Shown: piece after piece, positions 53,380 through 61,230 of the stretch
Position numbering within the stretch: position 1 is the first letter of the stretch
Layout of the letters: every line of letters starts with the position of its first letter
Assembly (NCBI GenBank): GCA_045546155.1
Contig: JAZQCG010000012.1
Location: 477 to 64,476, forward strand
DNA from: Candidatus Enterousia sp.
GTDB taxonomy: Bacteria > Pseudomonadota > Alphaproteobacteria > Rs-D84
DNA: 64,000 nucleotides
Direction of reading: 5' to 3'
Program-made: the position numbers and the translations under genes
The notes under the pieces: model-generated
What the model was told of the DNA's origin: nothing
The model's database searches: none
What the model saw: the letters and a program-made list of their open reading frames with translations, nothing else

Positions 53380-56300
53380 ATGAAATATATCAGAATTTTG
53401 TTTCTTAGTTTGTTTGTTTTCCCATTTGGGGCGCATGCTGCGGGTACACAAAATGACTTTATGGTGGCGGCGCAATTATTGGCGGCGGCGCGTAATGCCG
53501 ATATTCAACAGGTTCAGGTGCTGGTTAATAATGGGGCTGATATTAACTATGTTGATGCGACGGGATTATCGTTGGTGTGTACAGCATTGATGAACAATGA
53601 CACACGTGCAGCCCAGATTTTGCAAATGTATGGCGCAGATGCATCGCAATGTGATCGCCAGATTAAAAAGTATAATAATCGAACAAAGCCAAAGCCCAGT
53701 GGGGGACTGTTTAGCGGGCTGTCTTCCGCCCAGAGTTTGACATTAGCGGCGGCGGGGGCCGCCGTTGTCGTAGGGGGGCTGTTATTATTAACAGATGTCT
53801 TTGACCCGGGTAATGATAATGAAAATTCTAACCTGTCGGGTGGCAATCGGCCCGGTTCTGGGGGAAATGGTGGCAGCACTGGGGGGACGGCAGGGCTAAC
53901 CGTGCCATACAGTCCAGCATATTTGTATGGGGATGTTTTAAAGCCAGGGGATAAAACGCAATATAATGCTAATTTAGCATCATGGAATCCATCCCAGGGC
54001 GGTATTCGTCAGGCAGACTTTAACTATTTTAGACCAACGGTTGAACCGGGAATTAGTAATTTTTTAACGGATAATATTCTGTTGCCGGTACAAAATTATT
54101 TGCTGATGATGCATGGCTATTCTGCGTTTGCAAACAAATATTTAGGCCAGGAAATATTTAGAAATTCAGCCAGTAATTTTGCCCCATATCCAATGGAAAA
54201 TTCCGCAGATGGTGGCAGACCGGTTCGTGTTGGCTTAGTAACGGCAAATGGTGTTAATCCGACTGGTTCAGCGGCGCGTGGTGATGAAAATAGTGTTGGT
54301 ATTTTATGGGCATCTGGGTATGGTGCGGGTGCTGATATGGACAGGGTTGATAAATTTTTGAACTATAATAAGCCTGCGAACGGTGTGCTAGGGGATGAAG
54401 TTTCAAGTATTGGATTTGATTTGTCGGGTACTGGGACGGCAATGAACCCATTTGCAAGTTCGTATGATAGCGCATTGATGAAAATCGTAGCAGGTTGGAC
54501 GGGCGACCGCGGCGGATATGAATACGAAGACAAGGCATATGAATATGGCGACTTCTGGGGATTTGTTCCCAATGGGCAGGTTGGTGTATTTAAAACCGGT
54601 AATGGCCAGGCGTTTGTAAATATCCCAAATGCAACCGATGGAGCGGTTCTGGGGACAAGCAGTTCTGCTGATGAAATTAAGGTTAACGATACAATCGTAT
54701 TAAATGGCATCACGTACAAGATGTCTTTGGCGGTGGATTCTGCGGTTACCAATCCAACAATAACAGTAAATGGTCAAACGTATAAATTGCCCGTCGAAAG
54801 TACTATGTTGCGTGGTGTGTGTGTCGGTGATGCAAATACGTGCAAGGATGTTTCTGATATTGCAGTGTACAAGGGGACGGATGGCTATTTTTATGTTAAC
54901 ACCACAGGGGGAAATAGCCCAGATGCGGTATACGTCGTAAAGGAAAATAATATTTATGCGCAAAAAGAATTGCAGGATGCTGATTATGCAAATTTTGAAG
55001 CGATGTTTAATGCTAAATCTGTTAGTGATGTGGTTGTAAATGTGTCGGTTATTCAGCCGTCACGTGCCATTGATTATGTGAAAATGTCTGATATGCCACA
55101 ATTGATGGATTTATTAGAAGCGTCCGCCGAAGATGTGTATTTGGGACTGGTTAATGATATTTACGATCGCGAAGGCGACCAAGATGTTTCCCAGCGGAAT
55201 TTTGCAAACCAATTGTTGGGTGGTTATAACGCCAGTTCGCCAATTATGGTTATGCCGGCGGGGGAATTTGTGTATGGATACGGCGAAGGAAAATCTTTGT
55301 CTGTATTGGATGCTACGTTTGAAAACTATGCGCCGGTTGCGTATCCTAATCTGGAGCACTTGTTTATGACTGTGGTTGCGGTACGCCATAAATCAGGTAC
55401 AGACAAAGCAAATTCTATTGAAGGCTATGGTAATGGTGTTGGCAATGATTATGGACCGTTAACATTGTCATATTGGACCGACTTTAATGGAACATTGGAC
55501 GATACGTCGGATGATATTACATATAAATCACGTAAATGTGGCATTGCTGGTTTGGGTATCAATGGAATTGACCCATGGTGCTTTGCCGCAGCAGGTGCAA
55601 ATTCAGAAATGGCAACAGCAGCGGCGGCGGGGTCGGTTGCAGCTGTGAAGGCGGCATTTGCAAAAACACAAATGTCGAATTCTGAGTTGTTTACGTTATT
55701 GGCGTTGACGGCGGATGGACCATATTTGGGAACTAATGACGATGGTGTTGCGTATACAAAACAGAGTTTGGCAAAGTATTTGCAAAATATGTATGAATTG
55801 CCCCCAGAATATTACGAAGATGACTTTGATTTAAATACAGATGCAGGAGCGGCTGGATACTTAAATGCCTTTGCAGAGGTTTATGGCTATGGATTAATTA
55901 ATCTGGAACGTGCAATGACACCGAATAAAACCCTGTATTTCTTTGATGGAAATCAGATTGTATCCGGCGATAAAAATGCATATTGGGGTTCAACAAAAAG
56001 TACCAGTGTGCGTGCGTCCAGTGTTTTGAATCTGGCGGGGGCGCGTGTAAGTGCATCTGTGTTTGATGTGCTGGAAAGTGTAGATGGAACAATGCGTTTA
56101 CCGCGTGTGTGGAAAAATGAATTTGCGCTGGGGAATACGACCAAACGTGGCCTTTATATGGGGGATGTGTTGGGGGATTTCAAAGTACGCAAAGACGCAC
56201 CATCCATAACAGAAGTTGGAAATATGTCATTGTCGATGGCGATGTCGGAACGCGCATATGTTGATAATATGGGGGGATTGGATAATTTGTCATTGGCATA

Positions 56301-57156
56301 TTCAAATGATAATTGGAATATGCGCGCATCATATCAGCACTATTTCACAGATGGTATGTCGCGCTTTAATGGTATGGCGAACCCAGTATTAAATTTGGCA
56401 TCTAATGTTGTGATGACGGGGGCAGAATATAAATCTGGGAATTGGTCGTTCGGTGGTCGTGGATATTCGGGCCTGGTTACGGATGAAAGTTTGCTGGAAA
56501 ATGATCCAACGATTTCGGCGCAATATATGCCAGGACGTCTGGGACGCATGTCCGGCGCAGAAAGCCATGTTGCATATGGCAATGATAAATTTGGATTTAC
56601 TGCATCGGTTGGTGCAGCACGCGAAAGTGATACATTGCTGGGGGCGGTGACGGATGGGTTGTTGGCCTTGGGCGCGGGGGATACAACATATGTTGATGTT
56701 GTGTCGCGATATGATTTTTCGGACGACGTTGGATTTACTGCACGTGCAACATTTGCACGCACAACATCTGATGCATCAGGGGCGCTGATTTTGGGGTTGA
56801 CCGATATTGAATCTAATTCATTTGCGTTTGGTGCAAATATTGGGAATTTTGAATTTACAGTTGCACAACCGCTGGCAATCACAGATGGGGCACTGCAATA
56901 TGCCCACGCAGAATATGATGTGGTTGAGGTTGCCAAAGGACAATATGACCTGGTGGTGCGGGATGCAGGGGTGGCTGATTTATCAATGCGTCCAGATAAT
57001 CGTGAAGTGCGCTTTACTGCGACATATCGTCATCGTTTTGGTGAATTCACAGATGGTGCATTGGGATTAGTTTATCGTGTAAATCCAAATCATACGGATG
57101 ATTTTGGTAATGAATCAATATTCATGATGAAATTGGCGCATCGTTTGGGAATCTGA
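53380..57156 (+). CDS. 1258-aa protein: signal peptide, ankyrin repeats, hydrophobic segment, large passenger-like region, C-terminal beta-barrel-like domain
   Basis: ANK: AARNADIQQVQVLVNNGADINYVDATGLSLVCTALMNNDTRAAQILQMYGADAS. Hydrophobic: LTLAAAGAAVVVGGLLLL. The last roughly 300 aa show alternating amphipathic strands (NLSLAYSNDNWNMRASYQHYF ... EVRFTATYRHRF ... IFMMKLAHRLGI). Confidence 0.7.
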   Translation: MKYIRILFLSLFVFPFGAHAAGTQNDFMVAAQLLAAARNADIQQVQVLVNNGADINYVDATGLSLVCTALMNNDTRAAQILQMYGADASQCDRQIKKYNNRTKPKPSGGLFSGLSSAQSLTLAAAGAAVVVGGLLLLTDVFDPGNDNENSNLSGGNRPGSGGNGGSTGGTAGLTVPYSPAYLYGDVLKPGDKTQYNANLASWNPSQGGIRQADFNYFRPTVEPGISNFLTDNILLPVQNYLLMMHGYSAFANKYLGQEIFRNSASNFAPYPMENSADGGRPVRVGLVTANGVNPTGSAARGDENSVGILWASGYGAGADMDRVDKFLNYNKPANGVLGDEVSSIGFDLSGTGTAMNPFASSYDSALMKIVAGWTGDRGGYEYEDKAYEYGDFWGFVPNGQVGVFKTGNGQAFVNIPNATDGAVLGTSSSADEIKVNDTIVLNGITYKMSLAVDSAVTNPTITVNGQTYKLPVESTMLRGVCVGDANTCKDVSDIAVYKGTDGYFYVNTTGGNSPDAVYVVKENNIYAQKELQDADYANFEAMFNAKSVSDVVVNVSVIQPSRAIDYVKMSDMPQLMDLLEASAEDVYLGLVNDIYDREGDQDVSQRNFANQLLGGYNASSPIMVMPAGEFVYGYGEGKSLSVLDATFENYAPVAYPNLEHLFMTVVAVRHKSGTDKANSIEGYGNGVGNDYGPLTLSYWTDFNGTLDDTSDDITYKSRKCGIAGLGINGIDPWCFAAAGANSEMATAAAAGSVAAVKAAFAKTQMSNSELFTLLALTADGPYLGTNDDGVAYTKQSLAKYLQNMYELPPEYYEDDFDLNTDAGAAGYLNAFAEVYGYGLINLERAMTPNKTLYFFDGNQIVSGDKNAYWGSTKSTSVRASSVLNLAGARVSASVFDVLESVDGTMRLPRVWKNEFALGNTTKRGLYMGDVLGDFKVRKDAPSITEVGNMSLSMAMSERAYVDNMGGLDNLSLAYSNDNWNMRASYQHYFTDGMSRFNGMANPVLNLASNVVMTGAEYKSGNWSFGGRGYSGLVTDESLLENDPTISAQYMPGRLGRMSGAESHVAYGNDKFGFTASVGAARESDTLLGAVTDGLLALGAGDTTYVDVVSRYDFSDDVGFTARATFARTTSDASGALILGLTDIESNSFAFGANIGNFEFTVAQPLAITDGALQYAHAEYDVVEVAKGQYDLVVRDAGVADLSMRPDNREVRFTATYRHRFGEFTDGALGLVYRVNPNHTDDFGNESIFMMKLAHRLGI

Positions 57157-57230
57157 GTCTTGGGTGTAGAACCTTGACATTTATTGGTTTCTGTGTAATA
57201 CTTGCAATCCAAATAAAATGGAGTTTGTAA

Positions 57231-57662
57231 ATGCATATTTATAATGTAAAGGCTGCGTTACGTGACAAGTTTTATGGCGAGCCAACCATATTATACGGTA
57301 CACCAAAAATGGATGCGCGCGCATTGGCGGCTTTGTTGGCGGGGGTTACGCGCTTGCGTGCATTAGATGGGCGTCATTATTGGTATTTCTTTGTAAAAGA
57401 TATAAAAAATCGTGATACGGTTCGTTTTTTGATGCGTCGTAATGGATTGCGTCCAAAATTTCATATGTCCGAATATTATGCAGAACCGTTGCCAGCATTT
57501 CGTGTGCCTTTGTCAGACGTTGTAAATTCACAGCATATTGCTGATTTTACTAATCAAATCAAAGATGCGTATACCGAAGATGATAAATTAGTCGTGGAAA
57601 TGGCGCGATATGTTGATACGGTTAAGACTAAATTGGAAAATTGTAAAAATAAATCTAAGTAA
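57231..57662 (+). CDS. Hypothetical cytosolic protein (143 aa)
   Basis: ORF with GGAG SD. No family recognised. Confidence 0.5.
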   Translation: MHIYNVKAALRDKFYGEPTILYGTPKMDARALAALLAGVTRLRALDGRHYWYFFVKDIKNRDTVRFLMRRNGLRPKFHMSEYYAEPLPAFRVPLSDVVNSQHIADFTNQIKDAYTEDDKLVVEMARYVDTVKTKLENCKNKSK

Positions 57663-57663
57663 A

Positions 57664-57689
57664 TTCCCCGCCAAATGGCGGGATTTTTA
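57664..57689 (+). terminator. Rho-independent terminator (start of the 112-nt direct repeat)
   Basis: cccgcc-aaat-ggcggg followed by aTTTTT. Confidence 0.7.
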
Positions 57690-57778
57690 TTTATTCAAAT
57701 TAACATGCGAATAAAAAAATTATAATTCCATGTTTCTATATATAATTATTTGAAATCAGTGTAAAAAATCCTAAAAAA
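57667..57778 (+). repeat. 112-nt direct repeat, copy A (copy B at 63890-64000)
   Basis: About 92% identity by hand alignment. Covers the terminator plus about 85 nt of AT-rich downstream sequence (..cgaataaaaaaattataattccatgttt.tatatataa.tatttgaaatcagtgtaaaaaa.cctaaaaaa). Confidence 0.85.
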
Positions 57779-57945
57779 ATATGCCGAATCGAAACGGTGG
57801 TTTGTTTTCGACACTTCTTAGCCCTTATTTTATCCCAGAATTACGGGTTCTGTCAACCCGATTTTGTGCCGAATCTAAACCTCCGTTTGGATTGGTGGGG
57901 TTGTTTTCAGGATGAAACAAATCTTGGGGGGAAAGGGAAAAAACA

Positions 57946-58968
57946 ATGGCAGAACAAATAAGAAGCTTTTGGTCGCACCTGTGCGGGATATTTGGTGCAA
58001 TATTTGGCATGATTGCTGGCGGCACACTGGTCACGATTGAACATGCGGACGCAGCAGAATCTTATAGTAATCAAATTTTAAGTAATGGCGCGATTGTTAA
58101 TTATAAGTTCGGGCGTTATTATACCCCTTATTTTGTATCCTATGGTGGAAATGGATCATGTTTGAAAATCTGCGGCGATAGTACTTATGGTTGTGGTCAT
58201 TATTCTCGGTATTATGTTACATTTCTTGGCTGTGCCGATGGGTATTATAGCACGGGGTTGGTGGCTGAAAATACAAACATAACACTGCCTGTTGGTACTA
58301 CTTCAACACTTGGAACTGCTAGTACTACGATAGGGACTTTGACGGATAGAGGCATATGTAGAACATACAAATTATGTGGTAATTCGACCATGTATGATGC
58401 AGCGTGTAGTGGGAGCCTTTTTTATTCGCCATTTAATGGGCAATATATATCGTATGATGCGTTGCCAGAAACGCAGACCGACGGCTTGTGTAATAAATGT
58501 CCAGATTATGGAACATATGCGGCGGACACAATAAGCGCTATAGGCAAGGGGAATATTACAAGTTGTTTTATGTCCCCAGATACGGAATATTCCGATGAAA
58601 GCGATCAGGCGGATGGCGTTGCAACTGGGAAATTTATTTGGACCAATAGTTGTTTTTACCAAGACGATACGAATCCTGGTTTGACACCGTATTGTGATGC
58701 GTTGTTGGCAGAGGGAAATGATGAAAATTGTATATTATATCTGACCGCGGTTGCTATTAGCGCTGGTTTAGTGGAAACAACGACACAGATAGTGGGCAAT
58801 ATTTATGGTAATTATAATTCTGCAATTGATGAGGTACAATATGTTTTAAACAATAAAAAGGAAACTCTGATACGAAATAGTATGAGTTGTTCGGCGGCGA
58901 ATTGTTATAAAACTGCCCTAAAGACCTTAGGTGGAAGTTCTGCAAGAATTGAATATTATTATGATTAA
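57946..58968 (+). CDS. Cys/Tyr-rich exported protein with N-terminal signal anchor (340 aa)
   Basis: N-terminal hydrophobic LCGIFGAIFGMIAGGTLV..ADA, with many Cys, Tyr and Gly. Confidence 0.6.
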   Translation: MAEQIRSFWSHLCGIFGAIFGMIAGGTLVTIEHADAAESYSNQILSNGAIVNYKFGRYYTPYFVSYGGNGSCLKICGDSTYGCGHYSRYYVTFLGCADGYYSTGLVAENTNITLPVGTTSTLGTASTTIGTLTDRGICRTYKLCGNSTMYDAACSGSLFYSPFNGQYISYDALPETQTDGLCNKCPDYGTYAADTISAIGKGNITSCFMSPDTEYSDESDQADGVATGKFIWTNSCFYQDDTNPGLTPYCDALLAEGNDENCILYLTAVAISAGLVETTTQIVGNIYGNYNSAIDEVQYVLNNKKETLIRNSMSCSAANCYKTALKTLGGSSARIEYYYD

Positions 58969-58971
58969 TCT

Positions 58972-59038
58972 AAAAAAAATCCCCCGAATATCACCCACGT
59001 AAAAACTTGGTTGCGTGGGGGCAGAACGGGGGATTTTT
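58972..59038. terminator. Compound bidirectional terminator
   Basis: Outer stem aatcccccg/cgggggatt and inner stem cccacg/cgtggg, flanked by A8 and T5 tracts, between convergent genes. Confidence 0.6.
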
Positions 59039-59765
59039 ACATTACGAAATCTTCGCCCAGGTATACTTTTTTTACCATTTCGTCTTTGACGATTTCTTCG
59101 GTTGTGCCATGTTTCAATATTTTGCCATCGTGTAAAACATAACTGCGATCGGTAATGCCCAATGTTTCACGAACGTTATGGTCGGTAATAATTACCCCCA
59201 GGCCGCGATTCTTTAACTGTGATACCAATCCACGAATATCGTTCACCGCAATTGGGTCAATCCCAGCAAACGGTTCGTCCAGTAATATAAACTTAGGATC
59301 GTTTGCCAATGCGCGGGCAATTTCAACACGACGACGTTCGCCACCCGACAGGGCGGTCGCAGGACTGTGCCGCAGGGATGAAATCGAAAATTCTTCTAAT
59401 AATGAATCTAATTTCTTTTTGCGTTTTTTCTTGTCTGGTTCGACAACCTCCAAGATTGCCATGATATTTTGTTCCACCGTCAGACCACGAAAAACACTGT
59501 TTTCCTGGGGCAGGTATCCGATATGCAGGCGCGCCCGCTGATAAAATGGCAGGTGGGTGATATTCTGGGAATTTAAAAATATTTGACCACCGGTTGCAGA
59601 TAGCTGGCCTGTTATGCAATAGAACGCCGTTGTTTTACCCGCACCATTTGGACCAAGTAAGCCGACCGATTCGCCCTGGCGTGCGATTAATGATACGTCT
59701 TTGATAACCATACGTTTGCCGTATGTTTTAGATAAGTGTTCAACACGCAGTACAGATTGCTTCAT
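59037..59765 (-). CDS. lptB: LPS export ABC transporter ATP-binding protein LptB
   Basis: 242 aa. Walker A GPNGAGKTT, signature LSGGERRRVEIARAL, Walker B ILLDEPFAGIDP, LptB-type C-terminus ..KVYLGEDF. Confidence 0.9.
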   Translation of the reverse strand: MKQSVLRVEHLSKTYGKRMVIKDVSLIARQGESVGLLGPNGAGKTTAFYCITGQLSATGGQIFLNSQNITHLPFYQRARLHIGYLPQENSVFRGLTVEQNIMAILEVVEPDKKKRKKKLDSLLEEFSISSLRHSPATALSGGERRRVEIARALANDPKFILLDEPFAGIDPIAVNDIRGLVSQLKNRGLGVIITDHNVRETLGITDRSYVLHDGKILKHGTTEEIVKDEMVKKVYLGEDFVM

Positions 59766-60268
59766 AATTTAATCACCATTTCGTCTGTAAATATTTTGTC
59801 GCCGTTGCTGATATAAATTTTTACATCACCAATTAAGCGAATTGTTTTTTTTGCACGATTGTATTCACCGGTATTTGCAATAAAGTCATATTTGACGCGT
59901 TCACCATCCTGGATTCGAACCGCATTGCCAGATACAGAATCCATATAGACTATGTCGGGGGTGTCATATTCTTGGCGACCGGTTTTTGCCTTTAGTCTAA
60001 ATGGTTCACCATTTTGATCTGTGCCTGCAAATGATGCGTTTGACATCTTGAACTGATTCGTGACGATGTCTGTCATGTTAATCGCAGAAATCGGTGTCCA
60101 CAATAATTCGTGGGTGAACAGTGATGTTGCAATCAATGCCACCACCATAACCAACCCCCATCCGGTAAAGAAAAACTGCCACAAACGTTTTAAACGTCTG
60201 TGTTTAAAGAATATAATAAAATTACGTCTATCTTTGTGCACGTGCCCAGTGTACCGCGCATAAAACAA
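59762..60268 (-). CDS. lptC: LptC-like LPS export protein
   Basis: Single N-terminal TM helix plus a beta-jellyroll-like pattern (FAGTDQNGEPFRLKAKTG...IRLIGDVKI). ATGA overlap with lptB. Start uncertain. Confidence 0.6.
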   Translation of the reverse strand: MFYARYTGHVHKDRRNFIIFFKHRRLKRLWQFFFTGWGLVMVVALIATSLFTHELLWTPISAINMTDIVTNQFKMSNASFAGTDQNGEPFRLKAKTGRQEYDTPDIVYMDSVSGNAVRIQDGERVKYDFIANTGEYNRAKKTIRLIGDVKIYISNGDKIFTDEMVIKL

Positions 60269-60304
60269 AAAAGCAATTTTTATATTTATCTGAGAAAGAT
60301 TTTA

Positions 60305-60313
60305 TGTTATAAT
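60305..60313 (+). promoter_or_regulatory. Extended -10 promoter element (TGtTATAAT)
   Basis: tgttataat lies 15 nt upstream of ATG 60328. Confidence 0.45.
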
Positions 60314-60327
60314 GCGCATCAAGAGAG

Positions 60328-61146
60328 ATGAATAAAACTTTTCGTTTTTTTGTGGGATGTATGTGCATGGTCGCAATGCCGGCCATGGCGGCGGTGTCTA
60401 TTAAAAAGGCAGCGCCCGTCGCAACACAAGAAAGCTCTAAGTTGGATGGCGCAGGCAGTTTGGTTTCTACGGCCTTAAATTTAGTCGCAGGTGTCAAAGA
60501 TTTAAATGCAAAGGTTGATGCCTTGACCACAGAATGTCAGCCGACATCTGCGGAAATTACGTTTGTAAATGAAACTATTAAAGAGTGGGCAAAAACTGGT
60601 GCCGCCAGTGCCGAAGATGTTCAACGTAGCTTAAAACGCAAGCAATGCCAGGATTCAAGTGGTGTTGGCGGGTATCAGCATGCGGTTGAAATCGCGGTTA
60701 TGATGGATGATGGGTCTGAGATATGCTATGATTCCTTTAAAGGGGAAGGAAACGAAGGCATGGTTTGGGAAAATTTCCCACGTGTTGGAACGGCGACATA
60801 TTGTGATGATGGCTCAAGCTCGTGTGGAAAAAATCAAAAAAGTGTATCCGATATATATGAAATATTTAATCTGATTGATTTTACAGAGGCAGATTACACC
60901 AAACAAGAAGCAACAACCGCAGGTAAATTAATTGCAAAGATTGAAAAATGCTCTTCGGCTAGGTTAAGTCAGACCAAGAAGGAGTTGTGGGGTAGTTTCT
61001 TGACAGAATCAATTGGAAATATGGGGCAAAAAACCAGTACTGCGTCAATTATGGATACCGTCGGTGGCGTGGTTAGTGGTGGCGGCGGTGCAATGGGTGG
61101 TTTGTCAACCATTGGCAGCTTTATCACAAACACAATGAATAAATAA
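60328..61146 (+). CDS. Secreted protein with C-terminal Gly-zipper (272 aa), family-associated
   Basis: Signal peptide ..MVAMPAMAA, scattered Cys, C-terminal GGVVSGGGGAMGGLSTIGSFI. Confidence 0.65.
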   Translation: MNKTFRFFVGCMCMVAMPAMAAVSIKKAAPVATQESSKLDGAGSLVSTALNLVAGVKDLNAKVDALTTECQPTSAEITFVNETIKEWAKTGAASAEDVQRSLKRKQCQDSSGVGGYQHAVEIAVMMDDGSEICYDSFKGEGNEGMVWENFPRVGTATYCDDGSSSCGKNQKSVSDIYEIFNLIDFTEADYTKQEATTAGKLIAKIEKCSSARLSQTKKELWGSFLTESIGNMGQKTSTASIMDTVGGVVSGGGGAMGGLSTIGSFITNTMNK

Positions 61147-61170
61147 ATTCCGGGATTGCCGGAATTTTTT
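61146..61170 (+). terminator. Rho-independent terminator
   Basis: aaattccgg-gattg-ccggaatttttt. Confidence 0.65.
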
Positions 61171-61230
61171 ATGCTTTACTAATATTGCAAAAAATCGTAT
61201 AATAATAAAGATTATAAAAAGGATTCAGGG

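Noticed and set aside
55500-55700. Subtilase (S8) passenger domain in the 53380-57156 protein, suggested by ..ANSEMATAAAAGSVAAVKAAF.. resembling GTSMAAPHVAG
   Set aside because: I could not locate a convincing Asp/His/Ser triad in the right order and context. The similarity is too weak to call without a profile search.
38102-56936. Several 110-200-aa minus-strand ORFs inside the large Cys-rich genes (for example 38102-38626, 47945-48499, 51666-52184, 56340-56936)
   Set aside because: All are embedded antisense in long plus-strand ORFs that have coherent domain structure. They are treated as shadow ORFs.
57174-57201. Promoter TTGACA-N16-TAATAC upstream of 57231-57662
   Set aside because: The -10 matches the consensus at only 3 of 6 positions, which is too weak to list as a feature.
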